The translations under genes and the position numbers were made by a program. This document shows, piece by piece, positions 19,039-29,310 of a stretch of DNA of 64,000 nt. Source of the stretch: Pirellulales bacterium (GTDB lineage Bacteria > Planctomycetota > Planctomycetia > Pirellulales > PALSA-1355). How positions within the stretch are numbered: position 1 is the first letter of the stretch; each line of letters opens with the position of its first letter. The DNA is taken from the NCBI GenBank assembly GCA_963733035.1, contig CAVTBU010000004.1, positions 320,001 to 384,000 of the forward strand, in the 5' to 3' direction. The notes beneath the pieces were generated by a model. That model was not told the DNA's origin. It saw nothing but the letters and a program-made list of their open reading frames with translations, and did not search any database.

Positions 19039-21720
19039 TCAATCCGACGTATCCACGGCCGGCAAAGGCTCCCCCTCGGGCAAAGTTTGCAGAAGCTGCA
19101 TCAGCTGGTCGATGCTCGCCGGTTTGGTCAAGTGATGGTCAAATCCGGCCTCAATCGCCTTGCGACGGTCCTCGTCGTATCCATAGCCTGTAAGCGCCAC
19201 GAGCCGGATACCGTCCAGCTGCTTGTTCTGCCTCAAGCGTCGAGCGACTTCATAGCCGTTCATGCCGGGCATGGCGATGTCTAAAAAAATGATGTTCGGC
19301 CGATCCGCCAATACCCGGTCGACCGCCGCCTGTCCGTCGTGAGCGATGGCCACTTCCTGGTTGATACTCTGGAGCATTAAGGCCAGCGTCTTCGCCGAAG
19401 CATACACGTCGTCGACCACCAAGACGCGATGCCGAGCCAGCCGCTCCTTGTTCGTGCGCGGAGTTGGTCGCTTGTCGCGTCGAATCGCGCCGGCTTCGAC
19501 CAAGGGCAATTTCAGTACGAACTCACTCCCCTGCCCCTCTCCGGCACTGAATGCTTCGACAGATCCCCCATGCAAATCGATGAGTCGTTTGACGAGTGTC
19601 AAACCGAGACCCAGCCCTCCGTGCGATCGATCAAGCGACTGGTCCACTTGTCGGAACATTTCGAAAATCTGATCGAGCATTTCGGTTGGAATGCCAACTC
19701 CGCTGTCCGCGATCCGTACGACAGCTTCGCCCCGCTCACGATTGGCCGAAACCTGGATGGTCCCGCCCCGATTGGTGTATTTGGCGGCGTTTTGCAGCAC
19801 ATTGCCGACAACCTGGGTCAGCCGCGCAACATCTCCATCGACGATCAACGGCTCGTCCTCGACCGTAACGTGGAGATGCTGTTCGTACGAATCGATCATT
19901 GGCCGCACGGCTTCGATGGCGCCAGACAGGATCGTATTCATGTCGACCAGTTGCCTGCGAAGTTGAATTTTTCCACGGGTAATTCTCGATACATCCAACA
20001 GGTCGTCAACCAATCGCGTCATCTGTTGAATCTGTCGCTCCATGATGGCACGTAGCCGATCAACCTCCTCGCGATTATTCTCGACCAGCGGCCACACCTG
20101 CAGCGCGTTGCTGATGGGAGCGATTGGATTGCGCAGCTCGTGAGCCAGCGTCGCCAGAAACTCGTCCTTTCGATGATCCGCCTCTCGCAGGGCCTGTTCC
20201 ATCTCAAGCCGCTCGGTAATGTCCGTATTTGTTCCGAGCCATCGTACAATTTCACCCTGCGCGTTGCGCAAGGGTTCTGCTCGCGAGAGGTGCCAGCGCA
20301 TGGCGCCGTCGTAGCGCCTGAGGGGAAAGGTATCCTCCCACGGCTCACCCGCATTCAGCGATGCCCTCCACTTGTCAAGCACGCGCGGCAACTCGCTGGC
20401 GTCGTGCACGGACTGCCATCCCCAGCCCTCCATTTGTTCGGGCGAGGTGCCGGTGTATTCGTACCAGCGCTTGTTGTACCAGTAGATGTGACCGTCGGGG
20501 CGAGCCATCCAGGCCAACTGGGGAATCGAATCCGCCATATTGTGGAACAACTCCTCGCTGGACTTTAGTTCCGCCAAAAGTTCAACCATCCGAGTGTTTG
20601 CCAACTGAAGCGCCGAGGTATGTTCTAGCAAAGTCGCCTCGTGGGCTCTTCGCTGGCTGATCTCGCGAAATACGAGCACCGCGCCGCTAACCGCGCCGCT
20701 CTTGGTCTTGACGGGCGCGGCGCTGTCGTCAATTGGCCACTGTGTGCCGTCGCGGGAAACGAGAATCGCGTGGTCAGCCGATCCCACGATGCGTCCCTCT
20801 CGGACCGCCTGCGTCGAGAGGTTCTCGACAGGCTGCCCGGTCAGCTCGTTGACCATCTGAAGCACCTTGGGTAGTTCCGTACCGACGGCCTCGCTTTGCC
20901 GCCAACCAGTAAGCTTTTCAGCGATCTTGTTGAGCAGTAGCACACGTCCCTTGACGTCGGTCACAATGACACCGTCGCCAATGGAAATGAGCGTCGCTTG
21001 CAGCAACTCCCGCTGCCGGTGTTCGGCGGCGGCGGCTTCGAGTAGCGACTTCAGGTGCTTGCTCAGCAGCAACAGCAGTCCGACCAACGCGGCGATTCCC
21101 GCCAGCGACGAAATCACAACTCCCAACACCGCGCTACGATAAGCCCTGTCGTCGGCCAGCTGTTGCTCACTCAGAATCGCGTGTTGTCTCTGTCGAATGC
21201 GGTCAACGAGTTCGCGAATCCGGTCCATCGTCCGTTTACCTTCGTCGTTAAGGACGATCCGGCGGGCAGCTTCAAAGTCACCCTGGCGGCCGAGCGAGGA
21301 GGTCGCCGACAATTCGGCGAACTTTTCCGCAACTAGTCTCCTAAGTTGCGCCACGTTGTCGTCGGCTTGCCGATCGTCCTGCAGGGTCGCAGCCAGGGCG
21401 GCCAGTACTTCGTCAGACCGAGCGATCGCCGCTTCGTAAGGTGCCAGGTAGGATTCGTCCCCTGTGATAAGGAACCCCCGCTGTCCGGTTTCGGCATCCG
21501 TGACCGTAGAAGTCAGCGTGGCGAGTCCTTCCAGAACAGCATGGCTGTGAGCGACTTGATGGGCGTCGTGCCGTAGGCGCTGAAGATTGTGGAACGCCAC
21601 GCCACCGTTGATCACGACGAGGCACAACAGCAGACCAACGCCAAAGTTCAGCCAACTTTGCGAACGCAGAGACATGAACTGCTGCGAACTCCAAGACGAG
21701 ACCTTAGCCAAATGTCGCAC
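19039..21720 (-). CDS. Hybrid sensor histidine kinase (TM-CHASE3-TM-PAS-PAS-HisKA-HATPase-REC)
   Basis: CHASE3 DAETGQRGFLITGDESYLAPY, two PAS domains, H-box FLATLAHELRNP, N-box QVVGNVLQNAAKY, DSGVGI, GGLGLGL, and REC FLDIAMP...TKP. The start may be 21675. Confidence 0.95.
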   Translation of the reverse strand: MRHLAKVSSWSSQQFMSLRSQSWLNFGVGLLLCLVVINGGVAFHNLQRLRHDAHQVAHSHAVLEGLATLTSTVTDAETGQRGFLITGDESYLAPYEAAIARSDEVLAALAATLQDDRQADDNVAQLRRLVAEKFAELSATSSLGRQGDFEAARRIVLNDEGKRTMDRIRELVDRIRQRQHAILSEQQLADDRAYRSAVLGVVISSLAGIAALVGLLLLLSKHLKSLLEAAAAEHRQRELLQATLISIGDGVIVTDVKGRVLLLNKIAEKLTGWRQSEAVGTELPKVLQMVNELTGQPVENLSTQAVREGRIVGSADHAILVSRDGTQWPIDDSAAPVKTKSGAVSGAVLVFREISQRRAHEATLLEHTSALQLANTRMVELLAELKSSEELFHNMADSIPQLAWMARPDGHIYWYNKRWYEYTGTSPEQMEGWGWQSVHDASELPRVLDKWRASLNAGEPWEDTFPLRRYDGAMRWHLSRAEPLRNAQGEIVRWLGTNTDITERLEMEQALREADHRKDEFLATLAHELRNPIAPISNALQVWPLVENNREEVDRLRAIMERQIQQMTRLVDDLLDVSRITRGKIQLRRQLVDMNTILSGAIEAVRPMIDSYEQHLHVTVEDEPLIVDGDVARLTQVVGNVLQNAAKYTNRGGTIQVSANRERGEAVVRIADSGVGIPTEMLDQIFEMFRQVDQSLDRSHGGLGLGLTLVKRLIDLHGGSVEAFSAGEGQGSEFVLKLPLVEAGAIRRDKRPTPRTNKERLARHRVLVVDDVYASAKTLALMLQSINQEVAIAHDGQAAVDRVLADRPNIIFLDIAMPGMNGYEVARRLRQNKQLDGIRLVALTGYGYDEDRRKAIEAGFDHHLTKPASIDQLMQLLQTLPEGEPLPAVDTSD

Positions 21721-21789
21721 GATGCGACCGATCGCATTCGGGACAATCGTCGAAGCCAGGCTCCCCTGTCAACCGAATCAATGGTCCCC

Positions 21790-23289
21790 TCAGGTCGCGC
21801 CCACGCCGCCTACGGTAACCACATGGTCGATGGAAAGTCGCAGTGCCCGAATTTTATTCCGCAGACTGCCACGCGTAATTCCCAACATTTTTGCCGCCAC
21901 CGACTGATTGCCGCCCGTTTCGCGCAGAACTCGCGTCAGTAAATAGCGTTCCACCATTTCCAGCGTCTCGGCATGCAGATCGCCGCTGCCAACCTTCAGG
22001 CGCTGCTCGATGAAGGCAGCCAAATCGTGTCGTGGCAAACCGTCTCCTTCAGGAACTTCCTCATCGGTCACGTCAAACGACTCGGCCCCCTCCGGTCCAA
22101 GACAACCGCCCCCACTCCCCTGGAAGCAACTGACTTCCGGCAAACAGTCGGTCGTGATGACTGTTCCCGTCGCATTAATTAGCGCCTGTTTAAGAATGCT
22201 CTCCAATTCGCGAACGTTGCCCGGCCAGTCATAACTCTCCAGAGCCCGCATGGCGGCAGGATCCAACCGCATAACTTTCTTGCCCATGCGCTGGCTATAG
22301 CGTGCCAGGAAGTGTTCGATCAACAGCCGCAGGTCCCCCTCGCGCTCGCGGAGCGGGGGCAGGCAGATCAAGAAACCTTTCAAACGATAAAGCAGGTCCT
22401 CGCGAAACTTCTGCTCGCGCACCAAATCATCTAAATTGCGGTTGGTGGCCGCGATGATCCGCACATCGGTACTGATGGTTTGGTTGCCGCCGACACGCTC
22501 GAACTTCTGTTCCTGCAGCAATCGCAGGATCTTGCTCTGCAGCAAAGCGGGCATGTCTCCGATTTCGTCGAGAAAAATCGTGCCACCGGTGCACTGCTCG
22601 AACTTTCCAATGCGCCTGCTATCCGCGCCGGTAAAGGAGCCCTTTTCGTGTCCAAAGAACTCACTTTCGAGGAGGGTCTCCGGAATGGCAGCGCAGTTCA
22701 CAGCCAGGAACGGCCCGGATGCACGCTTGCTGTGCTGGTAGATAGCCCTGGCGACCAACTCTTTGCCGGTGCCGCTTTCGCCCTGAATCAGCACGGTAAC
22801 ATCCTGAGGCGCCACACGACCAATGGCTTTGAAGACCCGCTGCATGGCCTCGCTTTGGCCCAGCATCATGTCGCTGTCGTCACCATCGGTCGCCTCATGC
22901 TTGACCGACACCGGGATGCTCATCAGTCGCCGCATTTCGGCCGCGCGAGTCACCTGGTCGAGCACTTTGTGCTTTTCGAGGGGTTTGAGCAGGTAGTCGT
23001 AGGCGCCGAGTTTCATCGACTCGATAGCCATTTCACTCGAACCGTGACCCGTGATGAAAATCACCGGCAGTTTCGGATCGATCTCCCGAACGGTCTTGCA
23101 GGCCTCTAAACCCGAAAGCCGCGGAAGCATGATGTCGAGCAATAGCACGTCGGGGCTTTCGTCGCGTACCAGTTGCAGGCCCTCGGCGGCCGTGGCAGCC
23201 GTGACGATGTCAATATTGACCTCGCCAAACCAGCGCTGCACAAGGTGTAGCACGGTACGGTCGTCGTCGATTACGAGTACCTTTGTCAT
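21790..23289 (-). CDS. Sigma54-dependent NtrC-family response regulator (REC-AAA+-Fis HTH)
   Basis: REC LLDIMLP, Walker A GESGTGKE, GSFTGA loop, Walker B FLDEIG, WPGNVREL, HTH GNQSVAAKMLGITRGSLRNKI. Confidence 0.96.
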   Translation of the reverse strand: MTKVLVIDDDRTVLHLVQRWFGEVNIDIVTAATAAEGLQLVRDESPDVLLLDIMLPRLSGLEACKTVREIDPKLPVIFITGHGSSEMAIESMKLGAYDYLLKPLEKHKVLDQVTRAAEMRRLMSIPVSVKHEATDGDDSDMMLGQSEAMQRVFKAIGRVAPQDVTVLIQGESGTGKELVARAIYQHSKRASGPFLAVNCAAIPETLLESEFFGHEKGSFTGADSRRIGKFEQCTGGTIFLDEIGDMPALLQSKILRLLQEQKFERVGGNQTISTDVRIIAATNRNLDDLVREQKFREDLLYRLKGFLICLPPLREREGDLRLLIEHFLARYSQRMGKKVMRLDPAAMRALESYDWPGNVRELESILKQALINATGTVITTDCLPEVSCFQGSGGGCLGPEGAESFDVTDEEVPEGDGLPRHDLAAFIEQRLKVGSGDLHAETLEMVERYLLTRVLRETGGNQSVAAKMLGITRGSLRNKIRALRLSIDHVVTVGGVGAT

Positions 23290-23561
23290 GCCTTGGTAAC
23301 TCTAGCATCTAGTGAAATTGTTCTTTTCGAGACAATCCCAACGACTGTCATCATTATCCCAAACCTAGCACCGAATCACAAGCAGAACGCCCTCCGGCAT
23401 GTCGCTGCTTCCGACGCAAGACGCCCCCAGTTCGGCAAGACCTAGTGCGAAACGCGGCTCGCACGTCCCCGACGTCTGGGAACTACCGCCAGGGTGATGA
23501 CTTTGCCAGCCCGCAGCCTGTGCTAAACACGGCTAGCGGCATTGGTCCGAATTTGCCGTCC

Positions 23562-23732
23562 TTAAGGCACAGGTCTGCGAGCAATGCCACCCAACAAGCT
23601 CAGCACGAACAGCACGACGAAGATGAAGAACAGCACCTTGGCCGCCGTATATGCCATGCTTCCAATCACACCAAAGCCAAATGCCGCGGCGACGATTGCG
23701 ATCACAAGGAATACGATTGACCAGTACAACAT
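23562..23732 (-). CDS. DUF1328 (UPF0391/YtjA-like) small membrane protein
   Basis: 56 aa MLYWSIVFLVIAIVAAAFGFG...AKVLFFIFVVLFVLSL, preceded by a GGAGG RBS. Confidence 0.92.
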   Translation of the reverse strand: MLYWSIVFLVIAIVAAAFGFGVIGSMAYTAAKVLFFIFVVLFVLSLLGGIARRPVP

Positions 23733-23844
23733 GGTGTGCCTCCACCAGAAAAACACTGCCCCTCGCCCGTGACTTTTGCCGCTTCGTTGACCACGAGCAT
23801 TTCCCGAGTGAATTTGAATTGTTGGCTCACTTGCCGGGCTAATT

Positions 23845-23860
23845 TGCACGTTCCATGCCG
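23845..23860 (-). promoter_or_regulatory. Candidate sigma54 promoter for DUF1328
   Basis: Minus-strand CGGCATGGAACGTGCA matches GG-N10-GC, about 115 nt upstream of the ATG. Confidence 0.55.
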
Positions 23861-24132
23861 AAACAGGGAGTTGGCTTGGACGATCGCGGTTGCGTCCGCC
23901 GCGAAACCCTCGCAGATCGCCGGGCACTTTGCTCCGTCAATTCTCGGTTTCCAAGCGGTTCGGACTCCCCGCGATGTTGAAATTCGAGGAACCGGGACAG
24001 GATTTGAACCGCTGCCACATAATTGCGTTCTGTTGGTCTCGTTTTGACCGCAATGGCCGTCTTTGGATCAGCCGAGACGCACCAGTTCGTCCGATCGCGC
24101 CGCCATTTCGCGATCTCGCTCTCCCACAAGCC

Positions 24133-24148
24133 CGGCACCAAAGTTGCG
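24133..24148 (+). promoter_or_regulatory. Candidate sigma54 promoter for pseudokinase-REC-Hpt gene
   Basis: CGGCACCAAAGTTGCG is a near-consensus GGCAC-N5-TTGC, about 165 nt before ATG 24312. Confidence 0.65.
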
Positions 24149-24311
24149 GCGTTCGTCGACGCTGCCCTCTGGGGTCTTATGAGTTCGACCTCAGCCTCAA
24201 AATGCAGCGCCGACCCTCGATCTACCAGGAATTGAGTCGCAGCGACCTGGTCATTTAATGCCCGTGTATTCAATTTAGCCTCAGTGTGTTCTCGCAGAGA
24301 CCAGGGCGCAG

Positions 24312-25868
24312 ATGGGCGTAGGTTCGGACAATTCGCAACGGCGGACGGCTGACTACTTGGCTCGCGTCGGGCATGATTTGCGCACGCCGCTCAATGCGGT
24401 CTTAGGAATGCTGGAACTTTCGCTTGCCGAGCCGCTTTCCTACACGCTTCGCGACCATCTGCTGACTGCGCGAAATGCCGCACGCGGCCTGGCCAACACA
24501 TTGGACGACGTGCTGGCTTTGGCGGAGGTCGATGCCGGCAATCGAACATTCGACGTCGCTCCGGTCCGGCTATCAGAGGTCATCCAGGATGCTATGTCGG
24601 CAGCCGAGCAGGCCGCCGGCAAACCGCAACTCAGCTATATCGTCCTGATTTCCCCAACTTTGCCAAACGATCTCTGCGGTGACGCGCGGCGCCTGCGGCA
24701 AATCATCACGCATCTGATTGACTACGCTTCCAACCGAGTGGACCGTCGGCAAATGGTGGTTGAAGTTGCCGAACGGTTGGTCACCGCAGACTGCGCAGCT
24801 GGAACTCGGCATCTCGGAATTTGGTTTGGCTATTCCCGACGGAATAAGGCTTGTACCTTTCCAGCAGGCCAATGAATCGAAATACTGGGCCACTGGACTG
24901 GGCATGTCGGTGGCCGATTCATGGCTCAGGCAACTTCATGGCCAGCTTTGGATTACCCCGGAAACGGCCAACACGGGCGCCGCCTATGCCACGTTCGAGC
25001 TACTCAGATCGACGACATTGCGATCCCCTGACCCCCCCGTCATAAAACGGGCAGAGGCCGATCGCGTTTGGCAGGAGGCGATGTCGAAACGGACAGGGCG
25101 GCCGCTGAACATTCTGGTTGCCGACGACACGCAGGCGAATCAAAAAGTCGTCAAAGCGGTGCTGGCGCGGCGGGGACATCACGTCGAAGTTGCCGACAAC
25201 GGCCGCGAGGCTCTCGAATGTGTGCGCTTGCCGCGTTCGACGTGGTACTTATGGACGCCCAGATGCCGACGATGAACGGACTCGAAGCGGCGACCGCCAT
25301 CCGCCATTTGCCGGACAAGGCTCGAGCGTGCGTGCCGATCATCGCAATCACCGCCCATGCCATGCGCGAGGATCGGCAGCGCTGCCTGGATGCAGGCATG
25401 GACGATTACCTATCCAAGCCCGTGGACGTAGCCGCGCTCGTGTCTCGTGTCGAGTTCTACGGTTCCCAAAGCCGCCGGGGAACTGTCCTCGAAGAACAAC
25501 CCTCGACACCCGCTGCGGATAAGGACAAGAGAGACTTTATTGCCGGAGCATTGTTCCGACTGGGAGGGGACGAGGAACTGCTCAAGGAATTGATTCGCCT
25601 GTTCCGACAAGATGCTCAATCGCTACGAGAAAAGATCCATAGCGGCCTGGCCGCCGGCGATGCCGAAAGCACGGCCCGCGCGGCGCACAACATCAAGGGG
25701 CTGGCGGCCAATTTCGACGCCACGGCGGTCGTTGAAGCGGCCAACGATATCGAACGCCAAGCGGTGCAATCCGATCTCGTCGCGGCGGAGAAACTGGTGC
25801 CGACGCTGGAATCGGAACTAGCCCGGCTGTTATCGGTGCTGGAAAGCTACCAGGCGGACGCGACCTAG
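24312..25868 (+). CDS. Sensor-less hybrid HisKA-(degenerate HATPase)-REC-Hpt protein, two frameshifts (~24795, ~25226)
   Basis: H-box [43 protein letters not shown]...VLMDAQMP...SKP and Hpt [12 protein letters not shown]. These are spread over ORFs 24312-24875, 24718-25275 and 25068-25868. Confidence 0.85.
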
Positions 25869-26252
25869 CGCACAAGCCGAGAGTCGACTCGCCGGTTCAG
25901 CATGCGCATCTTTCCGGCCGAACGACGTGGAGAACTGGTGCAGGCTGCAGAACCGGACGCCGAAAAACGTGTCATTGACCCTGGGCCGGATTGATTGCCG
26001 GTTCCCGAGCGTCAAGGGAATTCCCAAGACCGGGCTCGTCTCGCCGCAACCTATCGTTGTATAGGCAAAGTTCCTCCACACCATTTCGAGACTCCGACCA
26101 TGCGTCGCGCTTGGGCGAATAAGACCCGTCGGCTAGAATCCCGCTTGTTGGGCGCGCCAAACTGGCTGCCGGCTCCGTTTGGAGGTCGCCTCGCGACGCT
26201 GGCAATGGGCCTGGCCTCGCTGGCAATTGCTCAACCGCAGGAGGCTCAAGCG

Positions 26253-26741
26253 ATGTCGGATGTTCACGCCCTTGTGAGAATCCTTGAGTCACAGGATTTG
26301 AGCGCGCGCACCACGGCCGCCGAGAAGCTGGCACAACTCGGTGAGCTGGCTCAGCCCGCCGCCGTGGCTCTTGTCCACGCGGTCAATTCGGAAGACGAAG
26401 ATCTACGCGAGTGGGCGGTTGGAGCGCTTGAGGGCCTTGGTCCGCCGGCAACGGACGACGTGCCCAAATTGACCGCATTGCTCAATCGGCCTGAACCGGA
26501 TGTGGCTTACTGGGCGACTACCTTGTTGGGTCGCCTGAAAGGAGACGCGGCGGCGGCGGTCGGACCCTTGATCGAGGCGTTGAATACCCACCCAGCGACC
26601 ACCGTGAGGGAACGGGCCGCTTGGGCGCTCGGTCAGATGGGACCTGCCGCGGCGGCGGCGAAAGACGACTTAGACCAGGCGGCGCAATCCCCTTCGCCCC
26701 GGTTGGCAAAATTAGCCCAAGCGGCTCTGCAACAGTTGTAA
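26253..26741 (+). CDS. HEAT-repeat (PBS lyase-like) protein
   Basis: GGAGG RBS and ATG 26253; repeated L...D..VR..AA.ALG.LG..A..AV..L units. Confidence 0.88.
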   Translation: MSDVHALVRILESQDLSARTTAAEKLAQLGELAQPAAVALVHAVNSEDEDLREWAVGALEGLGPPATDDVPKLTALLNRPEPDVAYWATTLLGRLKGDAAAAVGPLIEALNTHPATTVRERAAWALGQMGPAAAAAKDDLDQAAQSPSPRLAKLAQAALQQL

Positions 26742-26777
26742 CGCCTGCGACGATGTGTTGCTTGCCGTCCTGCCGAG

Positions 26778-27527
26778 TCACACCGCTAGTGTGCTTTGCT
26801 GCGTTTTCAAGTCCGCTTGATACCGCGCGAATGCCTGCTCGTCTCGCCGGCAACTGACGCCTTTGAATACCATCGCGAACGCGCGGCGGTGGCGCGTCGC
26901 CGAACGGTTCGGATCTGCCCGATGAATCAGGTTGCCGTGATGTGCCACGACATCACCAGGTTGCAAATGAATTGCTACTTCCGAACCGGCGTCCGCGTCG
27001 CTGTAGTCAACAATGCCTTGCGAGAAACCCAGCACCGTTGAACGGCCGTGCGGACGCACCCCTTGAAGATGCGAACCAGGCACATCGCGCAGGCACGCAT
27101 TTTCATCATCGACGGCGTCCAGCGCCATCCAAATGGTGACGACACTGGGCGGCTCGAGGCAAAAGTAGTAGTTGTCTTGATGCGGTGGGGTTCCTTGGTG
27201 CGAAAGCGGTGGTTTGTTGAACCATTCGGGAGACTCGCTCATGGCCGCTTCGCCGATCAGCGTTTCAGCCAGTTTTTGCCAAGCCGGATGCCCGCGATAC
27301 CCTGCAAAGAACGGATCCTTATCGATGCGATGCAATTGTTTGAGCCGACTAGCGTCAGCACGGTCGCCGTCGTAGAAGGCATCCGCCGCCGGCAAGCCCG
27401 GTACAACATCGCGAATGTACCGGTCGAGCTCCTGCTGCAGCCGCTCGAACTCAGCGGCGGCCAGCAGCGACGGTACCACGACAAATCCTTGACGGTCGAA
27501 CGTCTGCTTCAGTTCCAGCGCATCCAT
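26778..27527 (-). CDS. Phytanoyl-CoA dioxygenase (PhyH) family Fe(II)/2OG oxygenase
   Basis: FDRQGFVVV, KPP...TPPHQDNYY (HxD), WMALD, VPGSH, PGDVVAHHGNLIHRADPN.S...RR. Confidence 0.92.
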   Translation of the reverse strand: MDALELKQTFDRQGFVVVPSLLAAAEFERLQQELDRYIRDVVPGLPAADAFYDGDRADASRLKQLHRIDKDPFFAGYRGHPAWQKLAETLIGEAAMSESPEWFNKPPLSHQGTPPHQDNYYFCLEPPSVVTIWMALDAVDDENACLRDVPGSHLQGVRPHGRSTVLGFSQGIVDYSDADAGSEVAIHLQPGDVVAHHGNLIHRADPNRSATRHRRAFAMVFKGVSCRRDEQAFARYQADLKTQQSTLAV

Positions 27528-27562
27528 TTTCCGTGTACTCCCAAGCCGCGTTTGATGAATCC

Positions 27563-29062
27563 TCAAGCAAATCGCAAGGCATACAAGTCGGCATCCTGCA
27601 GGACGACGCGGAGTCGAATCGGTTGTCCGTTGAACTTCGACAGGTCGCTGCCAGATTTCCACGCAACAACCGCGTCGAGTTCGTCGCCATAGAGCGGCGC
27701 CATGTCGGACTGCGCGTACCCCCGCAGCGGCTGACCGCTGGCATCCTGCAGTTCGATTTGCACGCTTCCGGCCGCCGAGGTGGCGTAGTTGATGGCCAGT
27801 TGCCCGCCAGCGAACGTGATCGGCCGGGTCGTGAATTCGCCGGGCCGAGCCTTTGCCTGCATCGACGCCAAACGATGACGGGGCAAGACCAGCCGCCGGA
27901 GTCGATTGTCGGGCCAGCGATAATGTTCGGAGATGTAGAATGACCACTCGCCCGGCTTCGCTTCGACGATCCCCCAGGCCGGCATGTTGCTGCGCTCGGT
28001 CCAGTTCTTTTGATCGAGGCCCGGCCGAACCCAGGCCTCTAGAAATGGTCGATCCCAGTGCACACCGTCGCGGCTTGACATGAACACCGCGTCGGAAACG
28101 CCGGTGTCCGCGTGTTCGGGATTCTTCTTGCGGTTCGGCAGGAATCGCTTCGGGAATGCCAGCAACAAATGTTCCGCGCCCGGACAGGCAATGGTGGCGG
28201 TCGTGTAGAAATGTTCCATCGGCACGCCATCGGCGTAGCGATTCGGAACTGCGTCGCTCCAATTGAGAAAATCTGACGAGTGCGAGCTTTGCACCGCCCG
28301 AACGCCGTCGGCGAAGATGCGGCTGTAACACGCGTAGCGTCCGCGCGCCGAATCCCAAAAAGCAAGATTGAGCGAATCAAAGGCTCCCTTGGTCATGACT
28401 GGCTGATTGGAAATCTTCTTGAAATGGATGCCGTCGGGAGATCCAAACGCGTAGAGCCCTTGTTCGACCTTTTCGCCCAGCCAATTGGTTCCGGCGGCGC
28501 GAATGCCGCCCAGGGCCTTATAGCGTTGATCCGGTTTGCAATCGGAATTTGTGTCTCGGAATACCGCCAGGTTGTGCGACTCGATCCCCTTCCAAATTAC
28601 GTTGTTCTCGGACGAACCATCGATTTCGATAATTCCTAGGTTCGGACGAGTGAAGTGCACGCCATCGCGGCTCTCGGCCATGCAGGTAACCTGGTTTTCC
28701 GACTTGTCGGAGCCCGACGCATATCCGCGGTAGTAAAGCCGAATGATGTCGCCGTCTTGTGCCACGCTGTAGTAGCCGCTGGTCGGGCCTTCCCAGGGCG
28801 CGTCGGTGACTAGCACCACTTCCGCTCGTTGCGGGTGATTGAGGGCCAGCTCAACTCCGCTCTTGGCATCGACAAGCCACTCATCCACCAATAATTCCCA
28901 GCGCGAACCCAGATCGGCAACCGGTTTTCGCTCGGTCGCTAGCGCGGTCTCTGCTGCGATCACCCGTGATCTGCCCACGGCGTGCGCGGCAAGACCGGCA
29001 GCTCCCAATCCGCATGCCGAAAGAAACCCGCGGCGGGAGGATTTACCACGCTGGCGATGCAT
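27563..29062 (-). CDS. Tat-exported beta-propeller, glycoside-hydrolase-like protein
   Basis: AAGGAG RBS, Tat motif SSRRGFL, repeated Asp-box-like units (AESRDGVHF, GSPDGIHF, SSDFLNW, SSRDGVHW) and a C-terminal beta-sandwich ending DADLYALRF. Confidence 0.75.
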   Translation of the reverse strand: MHRQRGKSSRRGFLSACGLGAAGLAAHAVGRSRVIAAETALATERKPVADLGSRWELLVDEWLVDAKSGVELALNHPQRAEVVLVTDAPWEGPTSGYYSVAQDGDIIRLYYRGYASGSDKSENQVTCMAESRDGVHFTRPNLGIIEIDGSSENNVIWKGIESHNLAVFRDTNSDCKPDQRYKALGGIRAAGTNWLGEKVEQGLYAFGSPDGIHFKKISNQPVMTKGAFDSLNLAFWDSARGRYACYSRIFADGVRAVQSSHSSDFLNWSDAVPNRYADGVPMEHFYTTATIACPGAEHLLLAFPKRFLPNRKKNPEHADTGVSDAVFMSSRDGVHWDRPFLEAWVRPGLDQKNWTERSNMPAWGIVEAKPGEWSFYISEHYRWPDNRLRRLVLPRHRLASMQAKARPGEFTTRPITFAGGQLAINYATSAAGSVQIELQDASGQPLRGYAQSDMAPLYGDELDAVVAWKSGSDLSKFNGQPIRLRVVLQDADLYALRFA

Positions 29063-29310
29063 GTTTTGCACTCCTTTGTACGAGACGCGAATGAATAGGC
29101 CGAGGACCATGATAGCCCAAAAACCGCTGGCAGGTACACGCGGCGCAGGGCTTTCGTCCAAAAGTAGACTGCGCGTCGCAGCGCCGAGAGGTTTTTGCGA
29201 GATGACACTGGCAAGTTGCCGCGCGCCGGCGTCCACAGTAAACTCCTGGAAGTCTTGCGTCCCGCCGTCAGGAATCCTGGCCCTTACCCGCCTCGAAGCG
29301 TTGCGAATCA

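Noticed and set aside
23839..24273. 144-aa minus-strand ORF between DUF1328 and the pseudokinase
   Set aside because: No recognisable motif or RBS, and it overlaps two promoter candidates, so the region is more likely regulatory.
27528..28358. N-terminal 277 aa of the 526-aa ORF containing the PhyH domain
   Set aside because: It is an Arg-rich alternative frame overlapping the beta-propeller gene. The real start is MDALELK at 27527.
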